A DNA stretch of 64,000 nt from positions 32,001 to 96,000 of the IMG/VR virus record IMGVR_UViG_3300025769_012879, one strand, 5' to 3'. The notes under the pieces are model-generated. The model worked only from the letters and a program-made list of their open reading frames with translations, had not been told where the DNA came from and made no database searches. Shown here in pieces: positions 1-10,796 of the stretch. Position numbers and translations under genes: made by a program. The stretch comes from a virus. Positions within the stretch are counted from its first letter, which is position 1, and every line of letters starts with the position of its first letter.

Positions 1-736
1 TTTTAACTTTTTATGCGTTGCACAGTGGGGACCTAGAAAGAATATAGAAAACACAATAAGGTATTTTGTAGAAGAGTTCAAGGATGAGGAAGTTGGTCTT
101 GTCTTGAAAGTTTCAATCAAGGATGGTTCAACAATAGATTTTTACGAAGCAAAAAAGAGACTGACAGCACTTTTAAGTTCATATCCTGATAGAAAATGCG
201 ATGTTAACTTAATTCATGGATATATGAGCAAGGAAGAGTTAAGTTCTCTCTACACTCATCCACAAATCAAAGCAATGATTAACTTTGGTCACGGAGAAGG
301 TTATGGTTTGCCATTATTTGAAGCAGCAGCAGTCGGACTTCCAGTAATTACTCATGATTGGGGTGGGCAAAAAGACTTTCTATACGCACCAAAGAAGGAT
401 AAGAAGGGTAAAGAAAAGATTAAACCACATTTCAGCAAAATCTCTTATGATTTAAATCCAATTCAAAAAGAAGCAGTCTGGGATGGTGTTTTGCAACCTG
501 AAACAAAATGGGCGTTTCCTCACTGGGGATCGTGTCGTATTGCCATGAGACAGTGCTTTGAAAACTACGGACTCTTCTCTGGACAAGCAAAGAAGTTGAA
601 GAAGTGGGTGGTCAAAACTTTCACTAAAGAGAGTATAGAAAAAGAGTTTATTGAAAAGTCTTTAGGGGATTATTTTATCCTGAACGATATTCACGATGAA
701 ATCGATGATATGATAAGTGGATTAATGGATGATTAA
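1..736 (+). CDS. Glycosyltransferase, GT-B/GT4-like (5' partial; frame is open from position 2)
   Basis: Frame 2 reads FNFLCVAQWGPRKN... into the listed ORF; GT4 motif GEGYGLPLFEAAAVGLPVI. Confidence 0.85.
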   Translation, partial: FNFLCVAQWGPRKNIENTIRYFVEEFKDEEVGLVLKVSIKDGSTIDFYEAKKRLTALLSSYPDRKCDVNLIHGYMSKEELSSLYTHPQIKAMINFGHGEGYGLPLFEAAAVGLPVITHDWGGQKDFLYAPKKDKKGKEKIKPHFSKISYDLNPIQKEAVWDGVLQPETKWAFPHWGSCRIAMRQCFENYGLFSGQAKKLKKWVVKTFTKESIEKEFIEKSLGDYFILNDIHDEIDDMISGLMDD

Positions 737-3164
737 AAAAATAATATTTGTCTCAGATTTTTTCACTGAACAATTGACTGGAGGCGCGGAATTAACTTTT
801 GAGGCGCTGATTGAATCATGTATATTTTCACATATAAAAGTGAATTCGAAGCAGTTAACAAAAACTTTTATTAATGACAATAAAGACAATTATTGGATTT
901 TTGGAAATACTCATACTTTAAATGATGAGTTGTTGTTTTATATTAGTAAAAATTTAAATTATTCAACAATACAGTTTGATTACAAGTTTTGTAAGTATCG
1001 ACTACCAGAACTTCACGAGGAGAAGGGAGAAAATCCTTGTGATTGTAGTTCAAGTCGCCACGGTAAGATTTATTCAATCTTTTTAGCAAAATCTAACTCT
1101 ATTTGGTGGATGTCTAAAGAACAAAGAGATATTCACTTTTCCCACTTTCCTTATTTAGAAAAAACAGAAAATCATGTTTTAAGTTCCGTTTTTTCAGATA
1201 GTAACTTAAAGTTTTTTGAAGAGCATGAAAAGCAAGATAAAAATAATAAATACATTATTTTAAACTCAAATTCATGGGTCAAGGGAGTTCAAAAATCAAT
1301 AGAATATGCCGAGAAGAACAAACTTGACTATGATCTAGTTGAAAAGTTAACACATGATCAACTTTTAAGGACTTTAAGTGAATATAGTGGTTTGATATTT
1401 TTACCACAAGGGAAAGATACCTGTCCTCGTATAACAATTGAAGCAAAATTACTTGACTGTGAATTGATATTAAATGATAATGTCCAACACAAGGACGAAG
1501 AATGGTTTGAGAATAAAGATAAAATTATCGAGCATCTTAAAGAAAGTAAGAAACTATTTTGGAAGTATTTTGAAGATTTGTTTTTGAATAGTCTTGAAGG
1601 AGACGAAGATATACATTTCAAATTGGTTGTGACTTGTAGAAATGCGGAAGATACAATTGTTAAAACTATTAATAGTATTAAGGAACAAACATACTCAAAC
1701 TTTGAGTGCATTATTTCAGATGATTACTCAACTGATAAAACCTGCTCAATAATTGAAAGAGAAATTGACGGTGACAGTAGATTTAAGTTGGTTAAAAATG
1801 ATAAACAATCATTTCCTTGTAAAAATACTGAGATAGCAATTGACTCTTCTACAGATATAAAAGACGATGACGTAATATTTGTTCTTGGTGGTGATGATTG
1901 GTTACCAAGTAGAATAGTCTTGAGCAGACTTGCGTATCACTACAAATTAAATGATTGTTGGTGTACTTATGGTTCCTGGTGGACACAGAACAAAGAAATG
2001 ACTCCTTTTTATATGCAACAGTACAGAGCAGACATTGTAAAATTAAATCTCTTTAGAAGTTCTCCCTGGGTAGCATCTTCTCCAAGAACATTCAAATATT
2101 TCTTATGGGATAAGATTGACAAAGAGGATCTTACGGATGTTGATGGGGAATACTATAAGTGTGCAACAGATTTTGCCTACTTCATACCAATATTGGAAAT
2201 GGCAGGAAATAGAAGTTTGTACATAAACGATATTTTGTACACATATAATCGTGAAACACCAATGAATATGGATAAAATATATCCTGGCAAACAGCACGAA
2301 AATGAATTAAAGATAAGAAAAAGAAAGAGGTACTCACCGTTAAACTCTAACTATCCAAACTGGAGTATCGCTTGCATATCTTATAATGATGCTAAATACT
2401 TGCAAGGGTTTTTGAACTCCTGTTTAGGTCAAGAAGGTCTCAAAGACATATTTGTTGTTGACCATAGAAGTGATGATAATACCCATGATGTTTTAGAGAG
2501 AATGAAAGATAAGTGCTCTGAGCATGGTATAGAACTAAACTCAGTAAGATGTGAACAAGATTTTAGTGCCAACTTTACTATGGCAGATTTAAGACTGATG
2601 AGTGTGAAGGGGTGTAAACAAGAACTTGTTTCTATACAAGATGCAGATAACCTGCTTGGTCCAAACATGCCAGAACTTGTTAGAGCAGCGTCAATAGTTT
2701 TGAATAAAGACCGTAAAAAATATCTCTTCGGTGTATCATATCCAGTGCCCGTCGTTTATGACGGGATAGAGATTCACAACAAAAAAGTTGTTAATCATGG
2801 TCGATGCATCATGCATAACCCAATACCAAGAATTTTATTAAAAAGTCGCACTGATTGCTATCAAGACGGAAGATATTATAGATTCAAAGACATTCATGCT
2901 CCAAACGGAGAAAATGATAGTTTGGTAGTTAGGATGCCATACGCTGCAAGCACAAACATTTCTTTGAGTTTTAGAGATAAAGAGAGGCAAAAGTTAAGAA
3001 GTGTGATGGGTGATTATTTTGAGAAATCAACAAGTGGAGAAGTTGATAAAGGTTATTTAGATAGTTTTAAAGATGGTGATCTCGGCAAGGGAGAAGTGTT
3101 TGATATTGACGGCATGGAAAACCCAATATTCTCAATTGTTGATGAGGAATATAATTGTCAATGA
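729..3164 (+). CDS. Multi-domain glycosyltransferase (GT-B-like N-terminal domain plus two GT2/GT-A-like domains)
   Basis: DTCPRITIEAKLL (GT-B-like); VVTCRNAEDTI...IISDDYSTD (GT2); ACISYND...VVDHRSDD...IQDADN (second GT2 with DxD). Confidence 0.8.
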   Translation: MIKKIIFVSDFFTEQLTGGAELTFEALIESCIFSHIKVNSKQLTKTFINDNKDNYWIFGNTHTLNDELLFYISKNLNYSTIQFDYKFCKYRLPELHEEKGENPCDCSSSRHGKIYSIFLAKSNSIWWMSKEQRDIHFSHFPYLEKTENHVLSSVFSDSNLKFFEEHEKQDKNNKYIILNSNSWVKGVQKSIEYAEKNKLDYDLVEKLTHDQLLRTLSEYSGLIFLPQGKDTCPRITIEAKLLDCELILNDNVQHKDEEWFENKDKIIEHLKESKKLFWKYFEDLFLNSLEGDEDIHFKLVVTCRNAEDTIVKTINSIKEQTYSNFECIISDDYSTDKTCSIIEREIDGDSRFKLVKNDKQSFPCKNTEIAIDSSTDIKDDDVIFVLGGDDWLPSRIVLSRLAYHYKLNDCWCTYGSWWTQNKEMTPFYMQQYRADIVKLNLFRSSPWVASSPRTFKYFLWDKIDKEDLTDVDGEYYKCATDFAYFIPILEMAGNRSLYINDILYTYNRETPMNMDKIYPGKQHENELKIRKRKRYSPLNSNYPNWSIACISYNDAKYLQGFLNSCLGQEGLKDIFVVDHRSDDNTHDVLERMKDKCSEHGIELNSVRCEQDFSANFTMADLRLMSVKGCKQELVSIQDADNLLGPNMPELVRAASIVLNKDRKKYLFGVSYPVPVVYDGIEIHNKKVVNHGRCIMHNPIPRILLKSRTDCYQDGRYYRFKDIHAPNGENDSLVVRMPYAASTNISLSFRDKERQKLRSVMGDYFEKSTSGEVDKGYLDSFKDGDLGKGEVFDIDGMENPIFSIVDEEYNCQ

Positions 3165-4261
3165 AAAAGAAGGTGTGTTTTATAGCAGCAAACGATTATG
3201 CTAATTGTTTAACTGAGTGGCGCAATTGCTTGAATACATATTCAGACAAATATGAGGCAAAAATAATTTGCTTTCATAAGCACACTTTTAAATACAGTTC
3301 TCAGCATGATTGGGATATTGACGGTTCTACATCTGAAGATTTAGAGTCCGCTAAGAATTGGTTGCTACAAAGTGATATAGTGATTGTCGCAGAAGAAATT
3401 GGCGTACATTGTAATAGAGGCGTTGCGGAAGAATATTCGAATAAAGGAGAAATTTCAAATATTGATGAATATAGGAGCAGCACTTTACTTAAGATTGATA
3501 ATTTGTTTCAAATTGAACTTTATGGAAAAGATAAACCGAAAAAAATGATCAATTTTCACTCTGGAAGCGTCTATAGGAGACAGTATAAACCCCTCAACTA
3601 TTTTAGTTTTGAATATCAAAAAACCTTTTATGGTCCAGATCTCTATAGATTGGGACCTAACAAGGAAAAAGATAGAGTTGTTTACTGCACTTATGTTTCT
3701 GGTCTTTCTTCAAGTCAAACTAAAAAAATGATTGATGAAAAGTTTAACAAAGAAAAAATAATAATTTCTCACACACCATCAAATGTTAAAAATAAGGGCA
3801 CTAAGTCTATAAATAGAGTTGTTAATAGGGTGTTAAAAAATATAAAAAATCCTGACAGATTTGAGTATGTTGTAAGAACTGGTGTATCTCATGATGAGAT
3901 AATTGATCTAAAAAAGAATTCTCACATTTGTATAGGTGAGTTTACAGATCAATCTTTTGATATTGGTGGATTTGGTGTTAGTACGATTGAAAGTGCTGCT
4001 TATGGAAATGTCTGTCTTGCATCAACTTACAACATAACAGAGGACGCTGTTAATAAAGCAAATGAGGGAGTTGGCAGCAAACAAATGAAAATTGTTGATA
4101 TTGGAAACACTGAATCTTATTTTGAAAAAGTTCTTACAAGAATTTTATCTCTTGAAACAGATAAAATTAAAAAACTTGCAAATGTGACGTATAATTGGTA
4201 TGAGGAATACTTGTCACCAATGTCTGTGTGCAAGAAATTAGAATATGAGTTTGAAAACTAA
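3161..4261 (+). CDS. Putative GT-B glycosyltransferase
   Basis: HTPSNVKNKGT and GGFGVSTIESAAYG resemble GT4-type motifs; lies within the sugar cluster. Confidence 0.6.
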   Translation: MKKKVCFIAANDYANCLTEWRNCLNTYSDKYEAKIICFHKHTFKYSSQHDWDIDGSTSEDLESAKNWLLQSDIVIVAEEIGVHCNRGVAEEYSNKGEISNIDEYRSSTLLKIDNLFQIELYGKDKPKKMINFHSGSVYRRQYKPLNYFSFEYQKTFYGPDLYRLGPNKEKDRVVYCTYVSGLSSSQTKKMIDEKFNKEKIIISHTPSNVKNKGTKSINRVVNRVLKNIKNPDRFEYVVRTGVSHDEIIDLKKNSHICIGEFTDQSFDIGGFGVSTIESAAYGNVCLASTYNITEDAVNKANEGVGSKQMKIVDIGNTESYFEKVLTRILSLETDKIKKLANVTYNWYEEYLSPMSVCKKLEYEFEN

Positions 4262-4874
4262 AATAGGTATAGTTGATTATGGATTGGGTAACGTTGGATC
4301 CATACAGAACATGCTTAAAAAGATTGGATATCATGATGTTTGCGTTGTAAAAAGTAAAAATGATTTCAATAAAGTTTCAAAATTAATTTTACCCGGCGTT
4401 GGTGCTTTTGATACAGCAATGAAAAAAATCCAAGATAGTTTTGGAATTGAGTATCTAAAAGATCAGATTATAAATAAAAAACAATCAACTCTTGGCATAT
4501 GTCTAGGTATGCAAGTTTTGGCAAACGATAGCGAAGAAGGTTGTTTGAAAGGACTTGAACTTATAGATTGTTCTGTCAAAAAGATAATTGTTGAAGAAGG
4601 GACAAATTTAAAAATTCCACACATGGGTTGGAATTATGTAAAAACAGAAAAAGAAAATCTATTAATGAGTGGATTGGAAAACAAAGATTACTATTTTGTT
4701 CATTCCTATTATGTTGATTGTCATAATCAAGAAAATGTCTTAATGACAACAAATTACCATAAGGACTTTGCTTCTGTGATATCCCGTGATAATATTTACG
4801 GTGTTCAATTTCACCCTGAAAAAAGTCATAAGCATGGTATGAAATTACTGAAAAACTTTGTTGAACTATGCTGA
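4245..4874 (+). CDS. hisH: Class I glutamine amidotransferase, HisH-like (WbuY type)
   Basis: IVDYGLGN, LPGVG, GICLG (catalytic Cys), PHMGWN, FVHSY, QFHPEK. Confidence 0.93.
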   Translation: MSLKTKIGIVDYGLGNVGSIQNMLKKIGYHDVCVVKSKNDFNKVSKLILPGVGAFDTAMKKIQDSFGIEYLKDQIINKKQSTLGICLGMQVLANDSEEGCLKGLELIDCSVKKIIVEEGTNLKIPHMGWNYVKTEKENLLMSGLENKDYYFVHSYYVDCHNQENVLMTTNYHKDFASVISRDNIYGVQFHPEKSHKHGMKLLKNFVELC

Positions 4875-5638
4875 GAAAAAGAATAATACCATGTCTTTTA
4901 ATGCTGGATGGCAATTTAGTAAAGACGAGAAAATTTAAAGAACCAAAATATGTTGGCGATCCAATAAATGCTGTAACCATCTTCAATGATAAAGAGTTGG
5001 ATGAGATTATCTTACTAGATATTGGTTGTTCAAAAAATAATACTGAAATAAACTACGATATTCTTGAAAAGGTTGTTAAAGAATGCTTTATCCCTCTAAC
5101 CTATGGCGGTGGAGTGCAAACTATAGACCAGATGAAAAAAATCTTTTCTTTGGGAGTAGAGAAAATAGTAGTAAACAATTCAGCAATAAACAATCCTAAA
5201 CTTTTAAAAGAAGCAGTTAAAATGTTTGGATCACAGAGTATAATAGCAGGAGTTGATGTTAAGAAAAGTTTTTTTAAGAAAAACAAGATCTTTTCACACG
5301 TAAGCGGAAAAACCTTAAATAAACCGTTAGAGAAATATTTTATCGAATTGCAAGAAATTGGAGTTGGTGAAGTGTTTTTAAACTCTGTTGACGGAGATGG
5401 GACCTGGGAGGGTTACGATGTCAGTACCAACAAAGCAATATCAAAACTTTTAAATGTGCCAATTATTGCTTGCGGAGGCGCGGGAAACCATAAACATATT
5501 CATTCTCTGTTTAATAGTACAGATGTTATGGCAGCAGCGCTTGGAAGTATGGCAGTTTATCAAAAGAAAGATTTTGGCGTTTTAATAAATTTTCCGCTAA
5601 AAAAAGAAAGAGAGAGAATTTTATATGAAAGAGTGTAA
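4868..5638 (+). CDS. hisF: HisF-like TIM-barrel subunit (WbuZ type, polysaccharide-associated)
   Basis: RIIPCL, LVKT..F...YVGDPINAV, DEIILLDI, PLTYGGG, IACGGAG. Confidence 0.9.
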   Translation: MLRKRIIPCLLMLDGNLVKTRKFKEPKYVGDPINAVTIFNDKELDEIILLDIGCSKNNTEINYDILEKVVKECFIPLTYGGGVQTIDQMKKIFSLGVEKIVVNNSAINNPKLLKEAVKMFGSQSIIAGVDVKKSFFKKNKIFSHVSGKTLNKPLEKYFIELQEIGVGEVFLNSVDGDGTWEGYDVSTNKAISKLLNVPIIACGGAGNHKHIHSLFNSTDVMAAALGSMAVYQKKDFGVLINFPLKKERERILYERV

Positions 5639-6758
5639 TATATGTCTATATAACGACGATGCGATACCACACATCGATTTTGATGAGAATGGGGTGTGCA
5701 ATTATTGCAAGCAGCATGAAACAATGTCAGTAGAGTTTCCCATTGGGGAATCTGGTGATCAAAAACTAAATGACATTATTCAGCAGATAAAAGAAGATGG
5801 TAAAACAAAGCAATACGACGTTGTTGTTGGGTTTAGCGGTGGATGTGATTCTTCTTACCTACTAGACTTGGCAGTTAAGCATGGGTTGAGACCATTAGCA
5901 GTTCATTATGACAACACATGGAACTCTAAGATTGCAGTTGAAAATATTTACAAACTAACAAAAAAACTAAATGTAGACTTATATACACACGTTGTCGACA
6001 CAAAAGAACACAATTTGGTTTATAGGTCTCTATTGAACGCATCAGTTCCAGATATTGATAGTCACAATGATATGGGGTTACAAACAACTTTGTATCTAGC
6101 GGCAGAGAAATATAACATTAAATACATTTGGCAGGGTCACGCTTTTAGAACTGAGGGGATTACCCCGCATGGATGGACCTATATTGATGCAAAGTACGTT
6201 CAGAGCGTCCACACAGCGAATGGTGGCAAGAAAATCAAGACAATACCATTAATGTGGTTGCACAAATGGTTTAAATGGATGCTATACAATAAAATAAAAA
6301 GAATAAGACCTCTCTATTATATTGATTATAAGAAGCAGGAAGTTAAGAAATATCTAAAAGAGAAGTATGATTGGGAATGGTATGGTGGTCATCATATGGA
6401 GAATAAGACTGCATACTTTGTAAACAACTATTGGTTGCCTAATAAGTTTAAAATAGACACTAGAATTGTAGAGTTATCAGCACAGATTAGATCGGGACAC
6501 ATGACAAAACAGGAAGCAAAGGAAGTTTTGTCAGAAAAAATGACATACGATGACAGTTTGACAGATGAGGTTAAAAGTCGTTTAGGGTTGACAGATGAAG
6601 AGTTTGGTGTTATAATGAGGAACCCTAATAAAAGTTTCAAAGATTTTAAAAACTACAAAAAGACTTTTGAAAATTTAAGATGGGTTTTTTGGTTACTATA
6701 CAAAACAAACTTTGTACCAAAAAGTTTTTACGATAAATACACAAAAAAATATGATTAA
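5625..6758 (+). CDS. N-acetyl sugar amidotransferase (WbuX/WbpG/PseA family, PP-loop)
   Basis: N-terminal CxxC...CxxC, PP-loop SGGCDSS, HYDNTWNS; directly follows the HisH/HisF pair. Confidence 0.9.
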   Translation: MKECNICLYNDDAIPHIDFDENGVCNYCKQHETMSVEFPIGESGDQKLNDIIQQIKEDGKTKQYDVVVGFSGGCDSSYLLDLAVKHGLRPLAVHYDNTWNSKIAVENIYKLTKKLNVDLYTHVVDTKEHNLVYRSLLNASVPDIDSHNDMGLQTTLYLAAEKYNIKYIWQGHAFRTEGITPHGWTYIDAKYVQSVHTANGGKKIKTIPLMWLHKWFKWMLYNKIKRIRPLYYIDYKKQEVKKYLKEKYDWEWYGGHHMENKTAYFVNNYWLPNKFKIDTRIVELSAQIRSGHMTKQEAKEVLSEKMTYDDSLTDEVKSRLGLTDEEFGVIMRNPNKSFKDFKNYKKTFENLRWVFWLLYKTNFVPKSFYDKYTKKYD

Positions 6759-7401
6759 AAAAGTTATTATACTCGGAACAGGTGGAAATTGCCTGGATAT
6801 ATTAGACACAATCAACGATATTAATGAAAAAGAAAAGAAATATGAATGTGTCGGTTTTTTAGACGACAATGAAAGCATGTGGGGCAAAACCTTAATGGGT
6901 AAAAAAGTTTTAGGTCCGCTCAAACTTGCTAAAGATTATGATGATTGCTTTTTTGTAAATGGAATAGGGAGCGATAGAACCTTTCTGTTTAAAAAGAAGA
7001 TTATCGATTCAACTGGTGTAACACTAGATAAGTTTGAAACAATTATTCATCCCACTGCAAGTGTTTCTAGGACTGCAAAACTTGGTAATGGAGTTGTTGT
7101 ATTTCAAAATGTTACAATTACCACAAATGTGGAGGTGGGTAATCATGTTATTATTTTACCCAATTCAATAGTAAGTCACGACTCAATAGTTGGTGATTAT
7201 TGTTGTATAACTGGCGGTGTTGCTATTTCTGGAATGGTTAAGATAGGAGAGTTCTGCTATGTTGGTACTGGCAGTTCAATTAGAAATGGTGTGACAGTAG
7301 GTAAGAACAGTTTGATAGGCATGGGAGGCGTAGTTACAAAAGATATTGAGTCTGAATCAGTTGTTTACGGAGCACCCGCAAAATTTATTAGGAAAACATG
7401 A
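6751..7401 (+). CDS. Sugar acetyltransferase, NeuD/PglD family (left-handed beta-helix)
   Basis: ILGTGG N-terminal domain, GFLDD, TIIHPTA, hexapeptide repeats, VYGAPAK. Confidence 0.9.
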   Translation: MIKKVIILGTGGNCLDILDTINDINEKEKKYECVGFLDDNESMWGKTLMGKKVLGPLKLAKDYDDCFFVNGIGSDRTFLFKKKIIDSTGVTLDKFETIIHPTASVSRTAKLGNGVVVFQNVTITTNVEVGNHVIILPNSIVSHDSIVGDYCCITGGVAISGMVKIGEFCYVGTGSSIRNGVTVGKNSLIGMGGVVTKDIESESVVYGAPAKFIRKT

Positions 7402-8366
7402 AGAGAATTTTAAAAGATAAAAACATTTTAGTTACAGGCGGCGCTGGTTTTATTGGCGGTTCTTTGGTTAGAAAACTACAATCAGATAACAATGTTGTAG
7501 TATACGATAATCTTTTTCACGAAAGATTAGATTTTTCGGAAATAAAGAACTCAATTAAGTTTGTAAAAGGTGACATCTTGGACTATGATTTACTAGAAAG
7601 TGTCATACGAGAAAATAAAATAAATGTTGTTGTTCATGCTGCCGCGATTGCAGGTATAGACACGGTTACTAAAAACCCTGTTAATACAATGGAGGTTAAC
7701 GCAATTGGCACATTTAATGTCTTGAGGGCATGTACCGCAAACATGGAAAACATCGAGCAGGTTCTTGAGTTTTCAACTTCTGAGGTCTTTGGTCCAACCG
7801 CCTACAAGACAACAGAGAAAGATAAGACTGTAACTTGTGCTACTGGTGATGCACGTTGGATATATGCCGTTAGTAAACTGGCAGGAGAACACATGTCTAG
7901 TTGTTATCACAAGCAATACAACTTACCAGTAACCACTGTGCGACCATTTAATGTTTATGGTCCAGGTCAGGTTGGCGACAGCGCAATGCGAACATTTGTT
8001 TTAAACGCCTTAAGTGATAAGGATATAACAATACATGGTGATGGATCTCAAATAAGAGCATGGTGCTATATTGACGACTTTATTGACTGCATTATGAAGT
8101 GTCTGAGCGATGATAGCGCAATAGGTGAATGTTTTAACATAGGAGACTCAAAGTCCGTAGTTACAATATTTCACTTGGCAAAAATGATAAAAAGATTAGC
8201 GAAGTCTAATTCAGAAATTAAATTTGTATCTGCAAATCAGGCAGATGTTTCCTTGAGAATTCCTAGTGTAGAAAAAGCAAAAAATGTTTTAGGATTTGAA
8301 GCGGCAGTAGGAATTGAAGAAGGGATTGAAAAAACAATCGAATATTTTAGAGGTAAAAATGATTAA
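7398..8366 (+). CDS. NAD-dependent nucleotide-sugar epimerase/dehydratase (extended SDR)
   Basis: VTGGAGFIG, STSEVFG, YAVSK (YxxxK), RPFNVYGP. Confidence 0.92.
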   Translation: MKRILKDKNILVTGGAGFIGGSLVRKLQSDNNVVVYDNLFHERLDFSEIKNSIKFVKGDILDYDLLESVIRENKINVVVHAAAIAGIDTVTKNPVNTMEVNAIGTFNVLRACTANMENIEQVLEFSTSEVFGPTAYKTTEKDKTVTCATGDARWIYAVSKLAGEHMSSCYHKQYNLPVTTVRPFNVYGPGQVGDSAMRTFVLNALSDKDITIHGDGSQIRAWCYIDDFIDCIMKCLSDDSAIGECFNIGDSKSVVTIFHLAKMIKRLAKSNSEIKFVSANQADVSLRIPSVEKAKNVLGFEAAVGIEEGIEKTIEYFRGKND

Positions 8367-9462
8367 GTTTTTTGATTACACAAGAGTGTTAAAACCACAT
8401 AAAGAAGAGATTTATGAAAGAATGGATCGGATATTTGACGATGGAATATTCATTCTAGGAGGTCAAGTAAAGGAGTTCGAAGATAAGTTCGCGGAATATA
8501 CTGGAGCAAAGCACGCTGTAGGTGTTTCAAGCGGCACAGACGCCCTGCTAACGATCTTTATGGCACTAGACCTAGAACCAGGGGATGAGGTCATAGTAAC
8601 GCCATATACGTTTGTGGCGTCGATTACATCTATTGTTAGGGCGGGATTGAAACCAGTATTTGTTGACGTTGAAAAAGACTCTTATCATCCCACAGTTGAT
8701 TCAATTATTGAAAAGTGGACTGATAAAACAAAAGCAGTTTTGTACGTGCATTTGTTTGGAGAGGCGATTGACTTAGATAAGTTAAAAAAGCACTGTGAAC
8801 AAAATGATGCATTCTTAATTGAAGACTGTGCTCAATCTTTTGGATCAAAATACAGTGATGGAAAAAGTGTTGGCACCATCGGAGATGCTGGAGCATTTAG
8901 TTTCTTTCCAGCAAAAAACTTAGGGTGCTTGGGCGATGGGGGAATGGTCATAACTTCAAATGATGCCTTGCATGAAAAAGTATCAATGATTCGAAAGCAT
9001 GGGTCTAAAAAGAGGTATTACCACGAAATTTTGGGTGGTAACTTTCGCCTGGATACAATTCAAGCAGCAGCATTGAATGTTCTCTTGCCACAGATAGATA
9101 CTTGGGTTTCTAAAAGAAAAGATAACGCCAATTATTATTTAAAAAATATAAGAAATAACAATATAATAGGGTTACCGGAAGACTATCCAGGTAATTCATG
9201 GAATCAGTTTGTAATTCGAACCAAGTTTAGAGATGAGTTGCAGAAGCATCTAAAAGAGAACGGCGTTCAAACTTTTATATACTGGGAATTGGGATGTCAC
9301 AAGCAAGAAGTCTTTAAAGACGAAGACTTTTCTAAGGTGCAAATGAACAACACAGATGAGATTTGTGATCAAGTATTGGCGTTGCCAGTTTATCCAATGT
9401 TGAAAGAAGAAGAGCGTAAAAAGGTTGTAGAGTTAATTAACTCTTTTAAGGTAGGAGAATAA
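8359..9462 (+). CDS. DegT/DnrJ/EryC1/StrS PLP-dependent sugar aminotransferase (WbpE-like)
   Basis: SSGTDAL, EDCAQSFG, SFFPAKNLG (PLP Lys), GGNFRLDTIQAA; GAGGT RBS before ATG 8359. Confidence 0.93.
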   Translation: MIKFFDYTRVLKPHKEEIYERMDRIFDDGIFILGGQVKEFEDKFAEYTGAKHAVGVSSGTDALLTIFMALDLEPGDEVIVTPYTFVASITSIVRAGLKPVFVDVEKDSYHPTVDSIIEKWTDKTKAVLYVHLFGEAIDLDKLKKHCEQNDAFLIEDCAQSFGSKYSDGKSVGTIGDAGAFSFFPAKNLGCLGDGGMVITSNDALHEKVSMIRKHGSKKRYYHEILGGNFRLDTIQAAALNVLLPQIDTWVSKRKDNANYYLKNIRNNNIIGLPEDYPGNSWNQFVIRTKFRDELQKHLKENGVQTFIYWELGCHKQEVFKDEDFSKVQMNNTDEICDQVLALPVYPMLKEEERKKVVELINSFKVGE

Positions 9463-9463
9463 A

Positions 9464-9856
9464 ATGATACATGAGACAGCAAATTTGTATGATTCTTGTA
9501 CTATAGGAGATAATACAAAAATCGGTGCATTTTCAGAAATAGGAAAAGATGTAAAGATTGGAGATAATTGTTCAATTGGTTACGGTGTATTTATACCAGA
9601 GAACGTAATTCTAGAAGATGGTGTTTTTATAGGTCCTGGTACTGTATTTACAAATGATAAATACGCCCCATCAAGAGGGAAGTGGAGAGATGATCCCCCA
9701 ACAGTTGTGAAGGCGGGGGCAACAATAGGCGCAAATTGCACGATTCTACCTAGTTTAACCATTGGTGAGGGTGCTAGAGTTGGCGCTGGTTCTGTAGTCA
9801 CAAGAGACGTTGAGCAGGGATCCATTGTTTTTGGAAATCCTGCTAAAAAGAGATAA
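9464..9856 (+). CDS. Hexapeptide-repeat N-acetyltransferase (WbpD-like)
   Basis: IGPGTVFTND, GATIGANCTI, GAGSVVTRDV, GNPAK; AGGAG RBS. Confidence 0.88.
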   Translation: MIHETANLYDSCTIGDNTKIGAFSEIGKDVKIGDNCSIGYGVFIPENVILEDGVFIGPGTVFTNDKYAPSRGKWRDDPPTVVKAGATIGANCTILPSLTIGEGARVGAGSVVTRDVEQGSIVFGNPAKKR

Positions 9857-9886
9857 AACAAATTAAAATTATTTAAGGAGACATAA

Positions 9887-10795
9887 GTGAAAAATTTTGG
9901 TCTAATTGGTGCAGCGGGATATATTGCACCAAGACACATGCAAGCAATTAAAGAAACAGGAAACAATTTGAAGGTAGCGTTAGATCCATCTGATTCTGTT
10001 GGAATTATGGATTCATACTTTCCAGACGCTTCTTTTTTTACAGAGACGGAAAGATTTGATAGACACATAGACAAGTTAAAGCATAAGGGTCAAGGATTAG
10101 ATTACATATCTGTTTGCTCACCCAATTATCTTCACGATTCTCATGTCCGTCTTGGGTTGAGGGCAGGTTGTGATGTGATTTGTGAAAAACCACTGGTTTT
10201 AAACCCCAAAAACATTGACTATCTCAAGATTCTAGAGGAGCAGACTGGTAAAAAAATTAATAACATTTTACAATTAAGACACCACTATATCATAAAAGAG
10301 TTGAAAAATAGTGTTGAAAACTCTCCAAAAGATAAGATTTATGATTTTGATTTGACATACATTACTTCTCGTGGGTTGTGGTACCACCACTCTTGGAAGG
10401 GAGATGAAAGTAAGTCTGGTGGACTTGTAACTAACATTGGTGTTCACTTTTTTGATATGCTTATGTGGATTTTTGGAGGTGTTGAGGAGAACATTGTCCA
10501 TGAGAGAAACAAAAGCGCTGTTAGCGGAACTCTTAGACTTGAAAGAGCAAATGTAAGATGGTTTTTAAGTTGCGACTACAATAGATTACCACAGGAAGTC
10601 AAGGACAAGGGACAAAGGACCTTTAGGAATATTTCTATAGACGGAAACGAAATGGAATTCAGTAAGGGATTTACAGATTTACATATTAAAAGTTATCAAG
10701 AAATTTTGAATGGAAATGGTTTTAGGATTGAAGAAGTCAAACCGTCAATTCAATTGGTATATGATATTGCAAAATCAGAACTAGTGGAGGTATAA
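9887..10795 (+). CDS. wbpB: Gfo/Idh/MocA oxidoreductase, WbpB-like (UDP-GlcNAcA 3-dehydrogenase)
   Basis: IGAAGYIAPRH, CSPNYLHDSH, CEKPLV, TYITSRG.WY..SWKGD..KSGG..TNIGVHFFD, GFTDLH..SY. Confidence 0.88.
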   Translation: MKNFGLIGAAGYIAPRHMQAIKETGNNLKVALDPSDSVGIMDSYFPDASFFTETERFDRHIDKLKHKGQGLDYISVCSPNYLHDSHVRLGLRAGCDVICEKPLVLNPKNIDYLKILEEQTGKKINNILQLRHHYIIKELKNSVENSPKDKIYDFDLTYITSRGLWYHHSWKGDESKSGGLVTNIGVHFFDMLMWIFGGVEENIVHERNKSAVSGTLRLERANVRWFLSCDYNRLPQEVKDKGQRTFRNISIDGNEMEFSKGFTDLHIKSYQEILNGNGFRIEEVKPSIQLVYDIAKSELVEV

Positions 10796-10796
10796 A

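Noticed and set aside
4245-5638. Histidine biosynthesis auxiliary genes (hisH/hisF)
   Set aside because: They are coupled to a WbuX/WbpG-type amidotransferase inside a sugar cluster and no other his genes are present, so they are the polysaccharide-modifying paralogs
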